Positions 27,085-40,116 of a stretch of 64,000 bases of DNA are shown here, piece after piece. The position numbers and the translations under genes are program-made. The notes under the pieces are model-generated. The model ran no database searches and was not told the DNA's origin. It saw only the letters and a program-made list of their open reading frames with translations. Location: the NCBI GenBank assembly GCA_951406725.2, contig OX597815.1, forward strand, positions 98,146,001 to 98,210,000. The letters run 5' to 3'. This DNA comes from Octopus vulgaris (taxonomy: Eukaryota). Within the stretch, counting starts at the first letter, position 1; each line of letters opens with the position of its first letter.

Positions 27085-27114
<30 letters not shown>
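26989..27114. repeat. (CTT)n microsatellite
   Basis: Pure run. Confidence 0.95.
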
Positions 27115-27115
<1 letters not shown>

Positions 27116-27297
27116 TCATTATTATTATTGTTGTTGTTTAGTTTTGTCCTTTCTTTCATTGTTTTTGGCCGCTTTCTTCAATAAATTAGTGCATTTATCA
27201 ATTCTCATATAATTGCCGTCTTTTCCATTACACTGTTGAACCCGAAATTGAATCTTCGTAGGGCATACATGCATGCATATGTATTTACGTGTGTGTG

Positions 27298-27351
<54 letters not shown>

Positions 27352-27955
27352 TATGTGTGTGTGAGTGTGTGTGTGTATGCGTGTGTGTGTATGCATATAT
27401 AAACAGATATATATATGTATATATATATATATGCACATACAGAATAGATATGTGTAAGTATATATTTATATGCATATATATAGATATGTATGTGTGTGTG
27501 TGTGTGTGTGTAAATGTATGTATGTATGTATGTATTCATTTATGTATGTGCCTGTAAAGAAGAGTGAGAGAGGAAAAGGAATTTAGCAGAAAGTGTGAAG
27601 AAAACTAGACTATATTTATCCACTCAAATTATTGATTTTATACAGAAATAATCAAATAGAATTTTTTTATTGTTTAAGTTATTGATGTTTTTATTATTGT
27701 TTGTGTGTTTATATGTTTGCATTTAGTTTTTGTTGTTATTTATTTGATTTATTGTTTCCTGGATTTTCCGCTTATTTACGCCTTTGGTTTGAGCGTAATG
27801 TCCAAATTAGCAAGAGAAATAGAAGACAAAAACACTGCAAGAAATTCCGTGTAGTTCCGAGGGAAAATACCTTAAGGCAGGCAATCCGAATATTATTAGA
27901 TTTGATTCACAATTTGAATAACGCTCGCGGCAAAACTAGCGATGTGAGAGGTTTG

Positions 27956-27986
<31 letters not shown>

Positions 27987-28297
27987 TCTATACGTACATA
28001 AATGATAATACGTTTGTAAATGCACGAAGATGTGTATGTGTGGAAATACTATAAATTTGTAAACAACTCGGCATACATGTACAAAACATAAACTCACAAG
28101 CGAATATGTGTGTGTATATGTAAATATATACGCAAACTAAATATCATACAATCACATAAAGGTACGTGCATTCATGTGTTCCTTCACCAAGTCTCTAATT
28201 CTCCTGATTTGTGCGCTTAAATCACAAATCAGCCCAAATATGCGTGTATGTATATGCATATGTGTGTGTGTTTATACCTTTGTATATCTATACATAC

Positions 28298-28351
<54 letters not shown>

Positions 28352-28782
28352 GTATATACATTTATTTGTATGTATATATGTATATGTGAACATATAAGTG
28401 TGTGTGTAGGGGTATTTTATGTTTCCAGTTTACCAAGTTTGGAAATATTAACTCTTGATTGTTCTATTTTATCATTTGAAATATTAGCTTTTGAGTGAAA
28501 GTTATACACTTTTTCGTTTGTTTACGAACCCCTACTCGGACTTTTGCCGACTTAATTGATGTTGTCTTTCTTGCTGTCATTATTGTTGTTTTTCGTTTTT
28601 AGCAATGGCTGCTGTTTTTCTGCTTTCACCACCAAACTGTTTTCTTTTTATATATTTCCCTTTATCTATTTTGCCACATTTTGCTCTTACTTTTTCTTGT
28701 TCACCATCACCAGCACCGCCACTATCTGCACTTTCACTAATACCACCCAACACCGCCACTGTCACCACAGCTACCATCCTCG

Positions 28783-28892
28783 TCATCATCATCATCATCT
28801 TCTTCTTCTTCTTCTTCTTCTTCTTCTTCTTCTTCTTCTTCTTCTTCTTCTTCTTCTTCTTCTTCTTCTTCTTCTTCTTCTTCTTCTTCTTC
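28783..28892. repeat. (CAT)n(CTT)n microsatellite
   Basis: Pure runs. Confidence 0.95.
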
Positions 28893-29480
28893 CTCGGCCT
28901 CTTCCTCAATCTATTTTGTCTGGTTTGTTCTTTCACCTTTGTACTGAGTTTCTGTCAACAAAATCCCACCCTCAGGACATTGGTCAGCCTAAGTCCATGA
29001 AAGAAGACACTTGCGAAAGGTAACCTGTTGTGTAATCGATCTCAGAACTCCATATTTGCCATGCGAGCTTCTTAATGTGACAGACAGGCCTGTGTTATTT
29101 ACATAGGTTACACTACATTCGGTGTTCAAATCCTTTTGGGTCTTTAACAGACCTTGTTTTGATTAAATAATATATCAGACACATACAGTTGTTGAACTAA
29201 ATCTACCATTTCTTCCAACAACGAAGGTAACGCTGTTGCTGCTTAACTCCAGATAATGTCAAGATAAAGAGATCTGAGCTCAAAAGCATTCTAACCGTGA
29301 CCATTCTGTCTTTTTCTATTTGTCGTGTAGCCATGAACACTTTATCCAGCGTATCTCTTTCTAAGGCACTGGAGTGAAGTCTGAAGAAGTGGCTGCTTTT
29401 TCTAACAAACCGAACAGTAGCGTTGTTTCCCAGCAGGTATTGCTTTCCTATATCGAGTTGTTTTAATCGGGTCTTTTTCT

Positions 29481-29907
29481 ATACTCTTTACTCTTTTACT
29501 CTTTTACTTGTTTCAGTCACTTGACTGCGGCCATGCTGAAGCACCGCCTTTAGCCGAGCAAATCGACCCCGGGACTTATTCTTTGTAAGCCCAGTACTTA
29601 TTCTATCGGTCTCTTTTGCCGAACCGCTAAGTGACGGGGACGTAAACACACCAGCATCGGTTGTCAAGCAATGCTAGGGGGACAAACACAGACACACAAA
29701 CATATACACACACACACTTATATATATATATATATACATATATACGACAGGCTTCTTTCAGTTTCCGTCTACCAAATCCACTCACAAGGCATTGGTCGGC
29801 CCGGGGCTATAGCAGAAGACACTTGCCCAAGATGCCACGCAGTGGGACTGAACCCGGAACCATGTGGTTGGCTAGCAAGTTACTTACCACACAGCCACTC
29901 CTGCGCC
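29481..29907 (-). mobile_element. Full-length SINE family A
   Basis: Reverse complement shows A-box TGGCTGTGTGG, B-box GGTTCAGTCCC, CORE-like cttgggcaagtgtctt, internal (TA)/(TG) microsatellite, LINE-like tail and (GTAAAAGA)n end. Confidence 0.9.
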
Positions 29908-29999
29908 TATATATCGTAAAAAAAATAATTCAGTAGCGCGTTTCTGTTACTTCGAATGAACTTTGATTTTAAACCTATTGTTTCCGCAGATTTGACATT

Positions 30000-30707
30000 T
30001 GGCATTTAGAAAGCTGCCATTCACTTATGCTGTTCTACCAAGAAGACATGCTGCTACTGTAATGGCAATTTTTGCATCTCATAGAATATTGGTTGGAAAA
30101 TTGAACGATGATGACCATGTGTGTTGCTTCGAACATCAATATATATTGTCTCTTCCGAGAAATTTTGTTCTTTTGAGTATATGTATAAATTCCAAGATTC
30201 CTCGGCTTGGCAGTGTTATCAAGGTGCATTGCAGGTACGGAATAAAGTCTACAAGCACGATGTTGTCATCAGCTAGGCGTATATGCTCCATTTGTGTCTG
30301 TACATTGTTAATATGTTGAGTTACTATGGGTTGTAAGGGATCTGACTGTCAAGCGAGATCATCGTGGCTTTCACATGCCTTCCTTTCTTTGGCAAGGAAT
30401 GGGTAGTAACTTCTTTAACTCGATCCATATATTAATAGATTTAGTACGACGAAGGCAATAGAGAAAAACTTCAATAAGGCTATTTAATCTCTAGATATGT
30501 ACTCATCTGCTTTTAGAGCACCAGTTGAAGGAAAGACTGACAATGAATATAGAAGTTCCTCGCATATGTAAATTTACTGAAAGGTGTAGGAGAGGCGAGA
30601 ATGGACTGGTCGAATGCGTCTACTCCTAATATTTGATAGCATGCCTTAGAGTACAGCAGAGGGGCAAGTTGTTTTTACGAATAAGAGTAATATAGGATTT
30701 TGAGGAT
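30000..30707 (-). mobile_element. Highly decayed LINE RT fragment (possibly RTE-type)
   Basis: Minus-strand remnants QSDPLQP (cf. RQGDPLSP) followed by MEHIRLADDNIVL (cf. LRFADDIVL). Confidence 0.4.
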
Positions 30708-31879
30708 ACTTTGATTTTAAACTTATCGTTTACGCAGATTTATACTTCAGAACAATTATTTCCAATTTGATGACAGCAACTACCTTTAAAAATGTGGAAT
30801 TACGATGGGAACGAATGCAGCCCCTGTGTACTTGTGAACCTAATAATGAGTTATTTTGAATTCCTTATATATGAAGTATTACTGCAAAATTATGGTTATC
30901 TATTATATAAAAGAAAACTGATTTATCATTTGGAAGGAGACCATTGATAAACTTTTGGAATTCACATCAACTCTAAATGATATAAACCATGACATTCAAT
31001 CCACAAAAGAATATAGCAAAGAAAAGCTCTCTTTTTAGATATATGATAAAAAGTCAACAACGAAATTATAACTGACATCTATTATAAACTAACGGACTCG
31101 AAACAATATCTCCTTTTTAGTTCATGCTACCCGAAACACATCAAAATACTAACCACTTTAATTTGGCAAATTCTTATTATTGGGTTAGCAGAAGCGTTAG
31201 GGTATCTAAGAAATTACCTTGCAGCCGTTTACCTTCTCAGCTCGAATGTTGCTAAGATCAAATTTGCCTTTCCTACAACGAAAGTTAATTAAATAACGTA
31301 CAAGTTAAATTCTTGGGCCGACTGTATCAACTGCACCATTCTGGAAATTTGAAGCGTTGTGTTTATGTCAGAAATAATAATTATTATTATAGACCACGCT
31401 TTCTGCTTGTTTTCTTTAAGGTTCGGATTCAACCAGATTTAATTCCTGGATTTATTTCAATTTTGAAATATTTGGAAGTTGACACAAAAGTTGGTTTCCC
31501 TAAACAAATTGTACGATATACAATTGACGTTATACTGCACCTATAATTTTTGAGAAGTAATTGATATCCGCTATCTAGGACACCAACTAGGAAAAAGTAT
31601 GTTGCCACTTTTAAAATGACATCAAAGAAATGTAGGAGATATAAGAAAGAATCTATTCCAAGATTTGGACAATATATTTAAGAACCCCTTCTCCCAACCG
31701 TGACCGGTGGTCACAATGAGGAAGCGATAGACAATGTAGAGTGACCCACAGCCATGGCAATAACAGCCAAAGCAATGAGTAGCTGAATGACAAGAAAGCC
31801 CCCTTTCACAATCTCACAACTGTTTTACTCCTACCCTATGTATTATAGGGATGGGGACCAGGTGGAGGGTGAAGAGAAC

Positions 31880-32113
31880 TATTTCTTTTTTTATTCTTTT
31901 ACTTGTTTCAGTCATTTGATTGCGACCATGTTGGAACACCGCCTTTAGTTGAACAAATAGAGCCCAGAACATATTCTTTGTAAACTTAGTATTTATTATA
32001 TCGGTCACTTTTGGCTCGAAACGTAAAAGTCTTCTATTCCTGAACGTTATACTAATACATCTGTTTGTTTTGCACACCACCTGTCTTCGTCTTTTGCTTT
32101 TTTCGTAAACTCT

Positions 32114-32148
<35 letters not shown>

Positions 32149-32292
32149 AAGGGTGTCTTTCAGTTTCCGTCTACCAAATCCACTCAGTCCAAGGCTATAG
32201 TAAAATATACTTGCTGAAGTTGCCACGCAGTGGGGCTGAACTCGGAACGATGTGGTTGGGAACCAAGCTTCTTACTATACAGCCACTGCGCC
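31880..32292 (-). mobile_element. SINE family A interrupted by a Penelope pseudo-LTR fragment
   Basis: Tail at 31880-32012, head at about 32148-32292. Confidence 0.8.
32013..32117 (+). mobile_element. Penelope pseudo-LTR 3' fragment ending in (TA)n
   Basis: ggctcgaaacgtaaaag...atactaataca...ccacctgtcttcgtctttt...ctccc|tatata, homologous to 2394-2510. Confidence 0.8.
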
Positions 32293-32779
32293 TGACATTT
32301 TTTTTCTTTTGCGAAAACGTACCCCCGTTTACACTCCAAATGTCTCACAGTTATAATCAACAAATAAAAAGTGTGAAAAGGACTAAGTCTCCTGTGAAGA
32401 GGAGACCTAGACCCATCTCCGTCTCGAATGAAGAGAAAATCACAGGCCTTGGGAAAGTCAAAAAGGAACTGATGGGATGTATATATTCGTATGCGAATTT
32501 ACCTGATGCACTGCTGATCGGAGAAGAAATGGATCAAAGTGAAAAACAGGAAAAATAGAATACCGATACAAATTTACGAGACTAAAACGTAACATTCGCT
32601 CCTATCCTCAGTACGTCGATGCTTGTCTTCTAAAAAACAAGTTCTCACGGAAGTTTCTGCGTTGTCCAACAATAAATAGTCTTATGAATAAATGGAAAAG
32701 TGATGTAAAGAAGTTGCACACAATCGGGGCGGTTGGCTGTCGGAATCAAAGCAAATAGCACCGAAACTCACACACATAC

Positions 32780-32865
<86 letters not shown>

Positions 32866-33134
32866 TTGTTTAATTATTATTTTTATTAACATCTTTTATT
32901 GACTGAGTCAGTAATTGTATGACATCCTTACATTTTCAACTTGTCCATAATTGTTGTATATCTTCACCTCCCTTTTCGTTTATAACATTTGTTCCATATC
33001 TTCACGTTCTTGGTCCAAATGCCCCCCCCCCCACAAGTCAATTACGTTTTTCATTACTTCGGGGTCCATATTATAAAGTACTTGTGTAAGAGTTCTGTTG
33101 ATGTAATAGACTAAGTAACTTATTACGTGTGGTA

Positions 33135-33530
33135 GGATGGCAGAACTGTTAAAGCGTCGGACAAAATGCTTTCTACGTTCTCAGTTCAAATCCTGCCGAG
33201 CTCAATTTTTCTTTTCAATACTCACTCGTCGATAAATAAAGCGCCAGCCTAGTAATGGGACTGATGCAGTCGACTAACCCCACTTTCAGAACTGCTGGTG
33301 CTGTGCTTATGCAAGAAATTGTTTGAAACGGTGGATTGGCAGAATCATAAAAGCATCTGAAAAATGTTTTACGTTAATTTATCTGGCTCCTTTCGCTCTG
33401 AGTTCAAATCACGCTGAGGCCACTATTGCCTTTCATCCCACCGGGTTCGATAAAATAAAGTACTTACCGAGGAGTTATATCGATATAATTGAATATTCCC
33501 TTATGCCCTTGTGCCTTTTTCAGAAAAGAT
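33135..33530 (+). mobile_element. Two degenerate SINE family B copies
   Basis: tggcagaa...gttcaaatc...gataaa..aagtac pattern occurs twice. Confidence 0.6.
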
Positions 33531-34809
33531 TATTATTGTAATAGTAGTTATTATTTGTATTATTGTTGTTGCTGTTGTTATTGTTATTTTTGTTGTTGCT
33601 GCCTGTTACTACAAGTAATGTTTTTTTTTTTTTGTAGTTTTTGTACATGTTCTATGACTGTCATTCACATACATGTTCTCATGTTCGCTCATTAACAGGG
33701 GCTTCCGAACCGAAAGCAAATTATCTCTCTTATATACTTGCCCCCTAGGGGAAACTTTACACATTCCATCGAGAATTTCACACATAGCTACACATATTTC
33801 TGCCTTTACCTTAATCCATCAAATAACCGCACCCTTCTCACTTTCGTTCTTACTCTTCTTTTTATTGTCATTTTCCTTAACCTTTTCTTCTCATTTTTTC
33901 TTCTTATTTTTTTAACATATCGTTTATCTATTTCTTTAATTTTCCTTCTTTCAATCTGATTTCTTTCTCCAATTTTCATTTATTTTATCTTCATTCATTG
34001 CTTCTTTCATTTATTCTTTCATTAGTTTTTTTCATTTTTCTTTCCTATTTTACTCACTTTCTTTCGCAATTTCTTTCTATCTGTCACATTTTTTCAGCCT
34101 TTCTGCCATTCTTTCCTTCCTTTTTTCTGTCTTTCCTTCATTCATTCAGGCACAAATGCTCTATTTTCTTTCTTTCTTTCTTTCTATTTTTCTTTTACTC
34201 CTTCATTATTCCTTTTTATCTCTCCTTTCGTATTTCTTCCTTTCTTTCAGTCATTCGATTTTCTTATTTTCTACCTTCTTATATCTATCGTTCTCTCTCG
34301 TTCTCCACTATTCTATCTCTTCAATCAACGAATCACTCCAAGTCGAAAATAATCTGGAAAAAAAAAAAAATCTAAAATAATCCATAATCTGAAAAAATAA
34401 ACGAATGGTCGTCAATAATAAATAAATAAATAAATAAAAGTGTTCACCCCTTGTAGAATCACCACTATAGAGGCAACAAGATTGTCCGAGTTACTAAAAG
34501 TAGCAGTGACATCCACTTAAGCCATGTTATTTATGACTTGAAGGAAAGTATCCATTGATTCTTGCAAAAATGGACAGACAATATGTTCACAGCTGGAATG
34601 CTTTGGAATGAGAATAGAAACTGGACATGTACAATCTGACCATCACCAACAACAACGACGCGGAACATTAGAGAAAAGAAAACAGCAGCAATGTTCATGA
34701 TTACAAACAAGGTCGGTAAGAAAGATGATGTTGTTAACAATGATTAAGATGATGAAGACTACACGACCGCAACCACGACGACAGCCACGAAGAGGACGAT
34801 GGGGATAAA

Positions 34810-34810
34810 T

Positions 34811-34859
<49 letters not shown>

Positions 34860-35340
34860 AATGATGATGATGATGATGATGGTGATGACGACGACCCTGA
34901 TGACGATAATGACGACCCTAATGACGTTGACGACGACCCTGATGACGATGATGATGATCACGACGACGATGATGATGATCACGACGACGACGACGACGAC
35001 GATGATGATGATGGTGAGGACGACGACCCTAATGACGATGACGACGACAATGATGATGATCACAACGACGACGACGACGATGATGATGATGATAATGATG
35101 ATGATGATGATGGCGAGGATGACAGGGATTGTGATAAAGGATGGGGGGTGAGATGGAATGAAAGCAAGGGGTAGTTTGCTGAATGTTGAATGGATTTTAT
35201 TGACCAAACTGATTCCGGCACAATACCAAGAAAGAGTAAGGGAGAAAGGATGTAAAAGAAACCGACGGGTACGAGAAGGGTCTCAATCTAGTAATGGCAG
35301 CAGCAGCAGCAGTAGCAGCGGCAGTAGCAGTAGCAGTAGC

Positions 35341-35399
<59 letters not shown>

Positions 35400-35416
35400 C
35401 AGTAGCAGCAGCAGAT

Positions 35417-35480
<64 letters not shown>

Positions 35481-35485
35481 CAGAT

Positions 35486-35545
<60 letters not shown>
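34810..35545. repeat. (GAT/GAC)n and (AGT/AGC)n microsatellites
   Basis: Seen directly at 34810-35115 and 35290-35545. Confidence 0.95.
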
Positions 35546-35885
35546 TGATAAAAGAAAATGAAAGAAAGAAGAAAAAAATGAAATAGTTTGATACCGTAAA
35601 TCCAAAAGCTTGAGGTTAGTTAGATATGCATTTTTCAATAACAGCTTTAAAAATTTGCGATTCAAAATTTACGATTGAAAAGTTAAAAACCAAACGAAAG
35701 CCTAAAATTCTAAATAGTTTTGAGGACAAAATTATTCTCTATTTTCGCGAAAACAAATAATATAAACAAATTAAAACAAGCTTTGGAATTCGAAGAAAAA
35801 TATGATAATTTAAGTGATTTTCATAAAATATTCATATTGACTCTTTAGTATATAAATCTGTGTTTATGTTTAATTATAATAAAAT

Positions 35886-36524
35886 CAATAATAAATCTCT
35901 GAACGAGATATAAACAGTAACCGCTCGACAACGTAGGGTGTACTAGCCATCTGAATGTGGCTAGCCACTGGGGGTGGGGTGTTACTGATGCTTTTAGCCC
36001 CAGGCGATCAACGTCACCAGATGGACTTTAGACACTATCTCAGTGTCCTTGTGTTATTTGCAAGCCACATTCAGATGGCTAGTACGTTGATCGCCTGGGG
36101 CTAAAAGCATCAGTAACACCCCACCCCCAGTGGCTAGCCACATTCAGATGGCTAGTACACCCTACGTTGTCGAGCGGTTACTGTTTATATCTCGTTCAGA
36201 GATTTATTATTGTTTTCAGACAGTTTTTCTAAATCAGTGACAGTGGTTGCTGTGAAAAATGTTATATATTTATTTGCAAAGGGACTCCTTCATCGAAGAC
36301 CGGTGCTTACCATGCGTTGACGAGAGGCAATTACCTTGAAACTATAGTCCGTATGTAGTACCTAGGTCTTCGAGGGAGGATGACCTCCCTTTGCAAATAA
36401 CACAAGGACACTGAGATAGTGTCTAAAGTCCATCTGGTGACGTTGATCTCCTGGGGCTAAAAGCATCAGTAACACCCCATCCCCAGTAGCTAGCCACATT
36501 CAGATGGCTAGTACACCCTACGTT
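35886..36524 (+). mobile_element. Retrozyme-like non-coding element: 356-nt unit in partial tandem with inverted 5' arm
   Basis: Direct repeat 36084-36168 / 36440-36524. 35886-36063 is the reverse complement of unit sequence. Candidate TSD TTATAA(T/G)AAAATCAAT at 35874-35889 and 36523-36538. Internal hammerhead. Confidence 0.85.
36311..36355 (+). ncRNA. Type I hammerhead ribozyme (U3 variant)
   Basis: Stem I CAUGCG/CGUAUG, core UUGACGA, stem II GAGG(CAAUUA)CCUU, GAAA, palindromic stem III ACUAUAGU, predicted cleavage after GUC at 36349. Confidence 0.85.
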
Positions 36525-37047
36525 ATAAGAAAATCAATTTTGCGTTATTCTACGTTTGTAGAATAGAAATAGTTCCGGCGCGATCGTGTCGCCTAACTTA
36601 TACGGACTTGCAAAGAACTGGGCCAGAAATGACATAGTCAAATTACCTCATTGCATAGTCTGCATTTCATGTTAGCTTCTTTTCCTTTTGCAGTCATTGA
36701 GGGCTAGGTTTTAGTCCGACGTAGCTAAAGTTAGGCCATCTATTTTTGCTTGCAGCTCAGAACTTTTGTGTTACTGCTGATATTTACTTTGGGTTATGTC
36801 CTCACTTGATGGATATGGCTCATGAAATGGTTTTTATCATTATTTCCCTTGGTATATTTTGGATTTCATTTTTGATTTTGTCATTTTCTTAAAAATGTCT
36901 TTCTGTTTTGTTCTTATTTAGTCCAGTGGAGTTTGTATTCTCCACGTTATTGTCTTCCTATATATAAAGAAAAGTTTTCTTATTTCCTTCATTTTCCTTT
37001 ATTACACAAAACAGACTTCCTCCTCTTCCTCCTCATTACTGCTGCTG

Positions 37048-37092
<45 letters not shown>

Positions 37093-38346
37093 TTAGTATT
37101 ATTATTAATATTATTATGTTTTAGTGATACTCAGAAATTTCCTTTCTTATCTAACAAAGAATGCTTGAAAGGAAGACATGTTGTAAATCTTAGAAGACAT
37201 GCATATAAATATCCAAGATTTAACAAATACTTCGAAAGAATGTTCTTACTCTGTATAAAAAGTATAGTTTGTATTGCTATTTTCTGGAACGTGTCTTTGT
37301 CAATGCTTATAGAAAACAATAACGAAGTATTTACAAAAGCGAGTCTACATCATTCCTGCTTCATCAATTACAATTAAAAATGAAATAATTGGACATATAT
37401 TTTACGTGTCATACAATAGAGACGTCGGTGCAATTCTGTTACTTTTTAGCTTGTTTCTGCACATTACTTATTGTTTCTACACATCACTATACACATTCCT
37501 AAATACTTATATATACATTACACGTTTGCTTTTCAGTTTGTTTCTATACAATACACGTCACTGCTATGCCAGTTATTGAAACGTTATTTACTAGTTATTT
37601 TTATTAGTTATTTTTATGATATTTTATGTGGTTTATTAACTCGTGATTACACTTTATTTGCATAGTTATTGTTGTCGGTGTTGTTGTTGGCAGTGGTGGT
37701 GTTATTGATGCTGTTACTACTGCTGCTGTTGTTGCTGTTTCACCCGAGATCTGCCTTGAACAAGCTAATATATGCTCAAATTTATACTCCAAGCAACGTT
37801 GGTTGATGTCATATTTTTCTTAAGTTAGTATGGAAGAAGTTGAAGGAAAGTTGGTTACTTATTCTACCAAACATAGTGATTACATAGAGACTTCCCTTGT
37901 TATCAAACAGATGGAATTTAACTCCAATTTAACTCCAAAGATATTGTCTTTAAAAAGGAAATGCTGGTCACAGATGCTAAAATATTTGCATTGCTATATT
38001 CCAATTATAATTCATGTCTAGTGGCAAACATTCAACAAGAATATGGTGTATTTCCTCAAGAATTAATCATAAAAGAGACATGTTCTGTTAACATTAACAG
38101 ACCTATAACTGTTCCTTCAAATCTGAATTAACATTGACCTGTTCTTCTAGGAAGTGTGATATTATAGTTATTTTTATTTCCTTGTCAGCTTCTATGAAGC
38201 AAACTAACGTGAAAGGCGCTCACGTTGCAAAATATCCCATCATAATTTCAGACAGAATGTAACTAAGACCACATTCTGCAATGTGTTTTTTGTTTCTTAA
38301 GATGTTAGGGAGTTATTCGATGGAAAGTTTCTTCCGGCTTACTCAC

Positions 38347-38481
38347 CTCTCCACTTCTCACTCCCCTTAGTGCGCCCAATCCTCCTTTTCCTACTCTGAT
38401 CATTATTCGAAATATTTCATCCCCAGAATATCGGATCCCTTGAATCTGTTCCTCATTCATGTCTATCTTAGTAATCAACAC
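38347..38481 (-). CDS. Candidate internal coding exon of an unidentified host gene
   Basis: Acceptor tgtcctgcag|G and donor GAG|gtgagt; 135 nt; only one open frame, VLITKIDMNEEQIQGIRYSGDEIFRIMIRVGKGGLGALRGVRSGE. Confidence 0.4.
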
Positions 38482-38794
38482 CTGCAGGACACACATGAGA
38501 AATATTAAAGACATTAGTCTCAATATGAACTTGCAACGGTCATGGGCCCTTGCAGATTTAACAAATAAAAATATCTTTGTTACTAGTTCTCAAATTTTCA
38601 ACTATATCTCCCATTTATATTATTGTGTTGTCTGAGATCTCGCTTTTTTTCTTTTTCATTTTATATTGCGAAAATATTGTGACCGACACACTTCTAATCA
38701 GTAATGATCACAAATATATCCATCGTAAAACATACCGACGCCAACTCGAGTTACAAGGGAGTTTCTGCATTGCTGTTTCATATTGTATAATATA

Positions 38795-38965
38795 AAAGCC
38801 AACAATTTCGTGGGAGTGGTTAAGTCAATTACACTGAGGCCAGTGATCAGTTGGTACACGTTTTATCGACCCATAAAGGATCTCGATCTCGACAGCATTT
38901 GAACTCACAATCTAAAGACTGTTGAAATACCTGGCGTGCTAACGTTTCTGCCAGTTCGGTGCCTT
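38795..38965 (-). mobile_element. SINE family B copy
   Basis: Reverse-complement homology to family B. Confidence 0.65.
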
Positions 38966-39509
38966 ATCATATTGTATAATATCAACCTTAATATTCCTCA
39001 AATTTAGGCAGTCGCCATAAAAAGCAACTGAATCAGTATATAATTTAGTACTCATATAAGTATATTATAGCTATGGTCGGAATATATTCAACTCGATCGA
39101 GTTTGGGCTGGGATTAATCAAAATAACTATTCATTTTTGTCTCTCAGTCAACTGCGCTCCAGCGATTAATCAATTAATTGATCGAGCGAGCAACAATAAA
39201 TAACAGCCAAATGTTCCTCAAATCTCACACTACTATCGCCAAAAAGGAAATACAATTTAGACAAAATAACTCTATAGGAACTATATTATGAGATGAGATC
39301 TCATCAGGGTTGTGATGACCATATTTCCGCACCACCAGGCCTAATCATCAGCATACTACACAATACTAACAACAACTAAGTGCATCGAAAGAGATGCCAA
39401 GAGCTAGTGTTAGTGATGGTGTGACATAGTTGGGTCGTAGCCATATATATGACAAGCGCTTCTTTACCATGTGGACACAGAACTCAATATTATAACTTAT
39501 ATTAAGCCG

Positions 39510-39720
39510 ATAAGCTTGCAGAATAGTTAACACGCCGGCTAGAATGCTTAGCGGTATTTTGTCCGTGTTTACGTTCTAAGTTCAAATTTCGCAGAGGTCG
39601 ACTATGCTTTCAAAACTTTCAGGTTCGATAAAATAAGCATGTGTTAGTCATATGAGGTCGATATAATCGACTTATCCCCTCCTCCGAAATCGCTGGCCTT
39701 GTGCCAAAATTTGAAACCAA
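39510..39720 (+). mobile_element. SINE family B copy
   Basis: gcagaatagttaacacgccgg..atgcttagcggtattt..gttcaaattt..gaggtcgact. Confidence 0.8.
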
Positions 39721-40047
39721 TGTTATTACTTTTATTAATCAGAGATGTACACGTACACAACCATACACTTCTAACACGTGTTACCTTCCTTGAGACCAAG
39801 AAAGATAAGACATCCTTATTGCATATCAATAATACTATGGGGAGGGAATTTATTTTGTTAGAAATTCGTTAATGTTAATATAAATCCATATCCTTGAGCA
39901 AGTGTTAGTCTGTAATTTCGGCGTGGCATTCCGTGCAGAATAGCAGATAAAAAAGGAGAGAGAAAAAAAAAAGGACTATTCCTATAGGCAATGTCATGGC
40001 AATTACTGTGTTTCATGGTTTAGGATTATATGCCTGCTGTGACATTG

Positions 40048-40116
<69 letters not shown>

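Noticed and set aside
36430-36475. SECIS-like element (GTGAC...AAA)
   Set aside because: No correctly spaced helix II or GA quartet and no upstream selenoprotein ORF; the sequence is part of the retrozyme-like unit.
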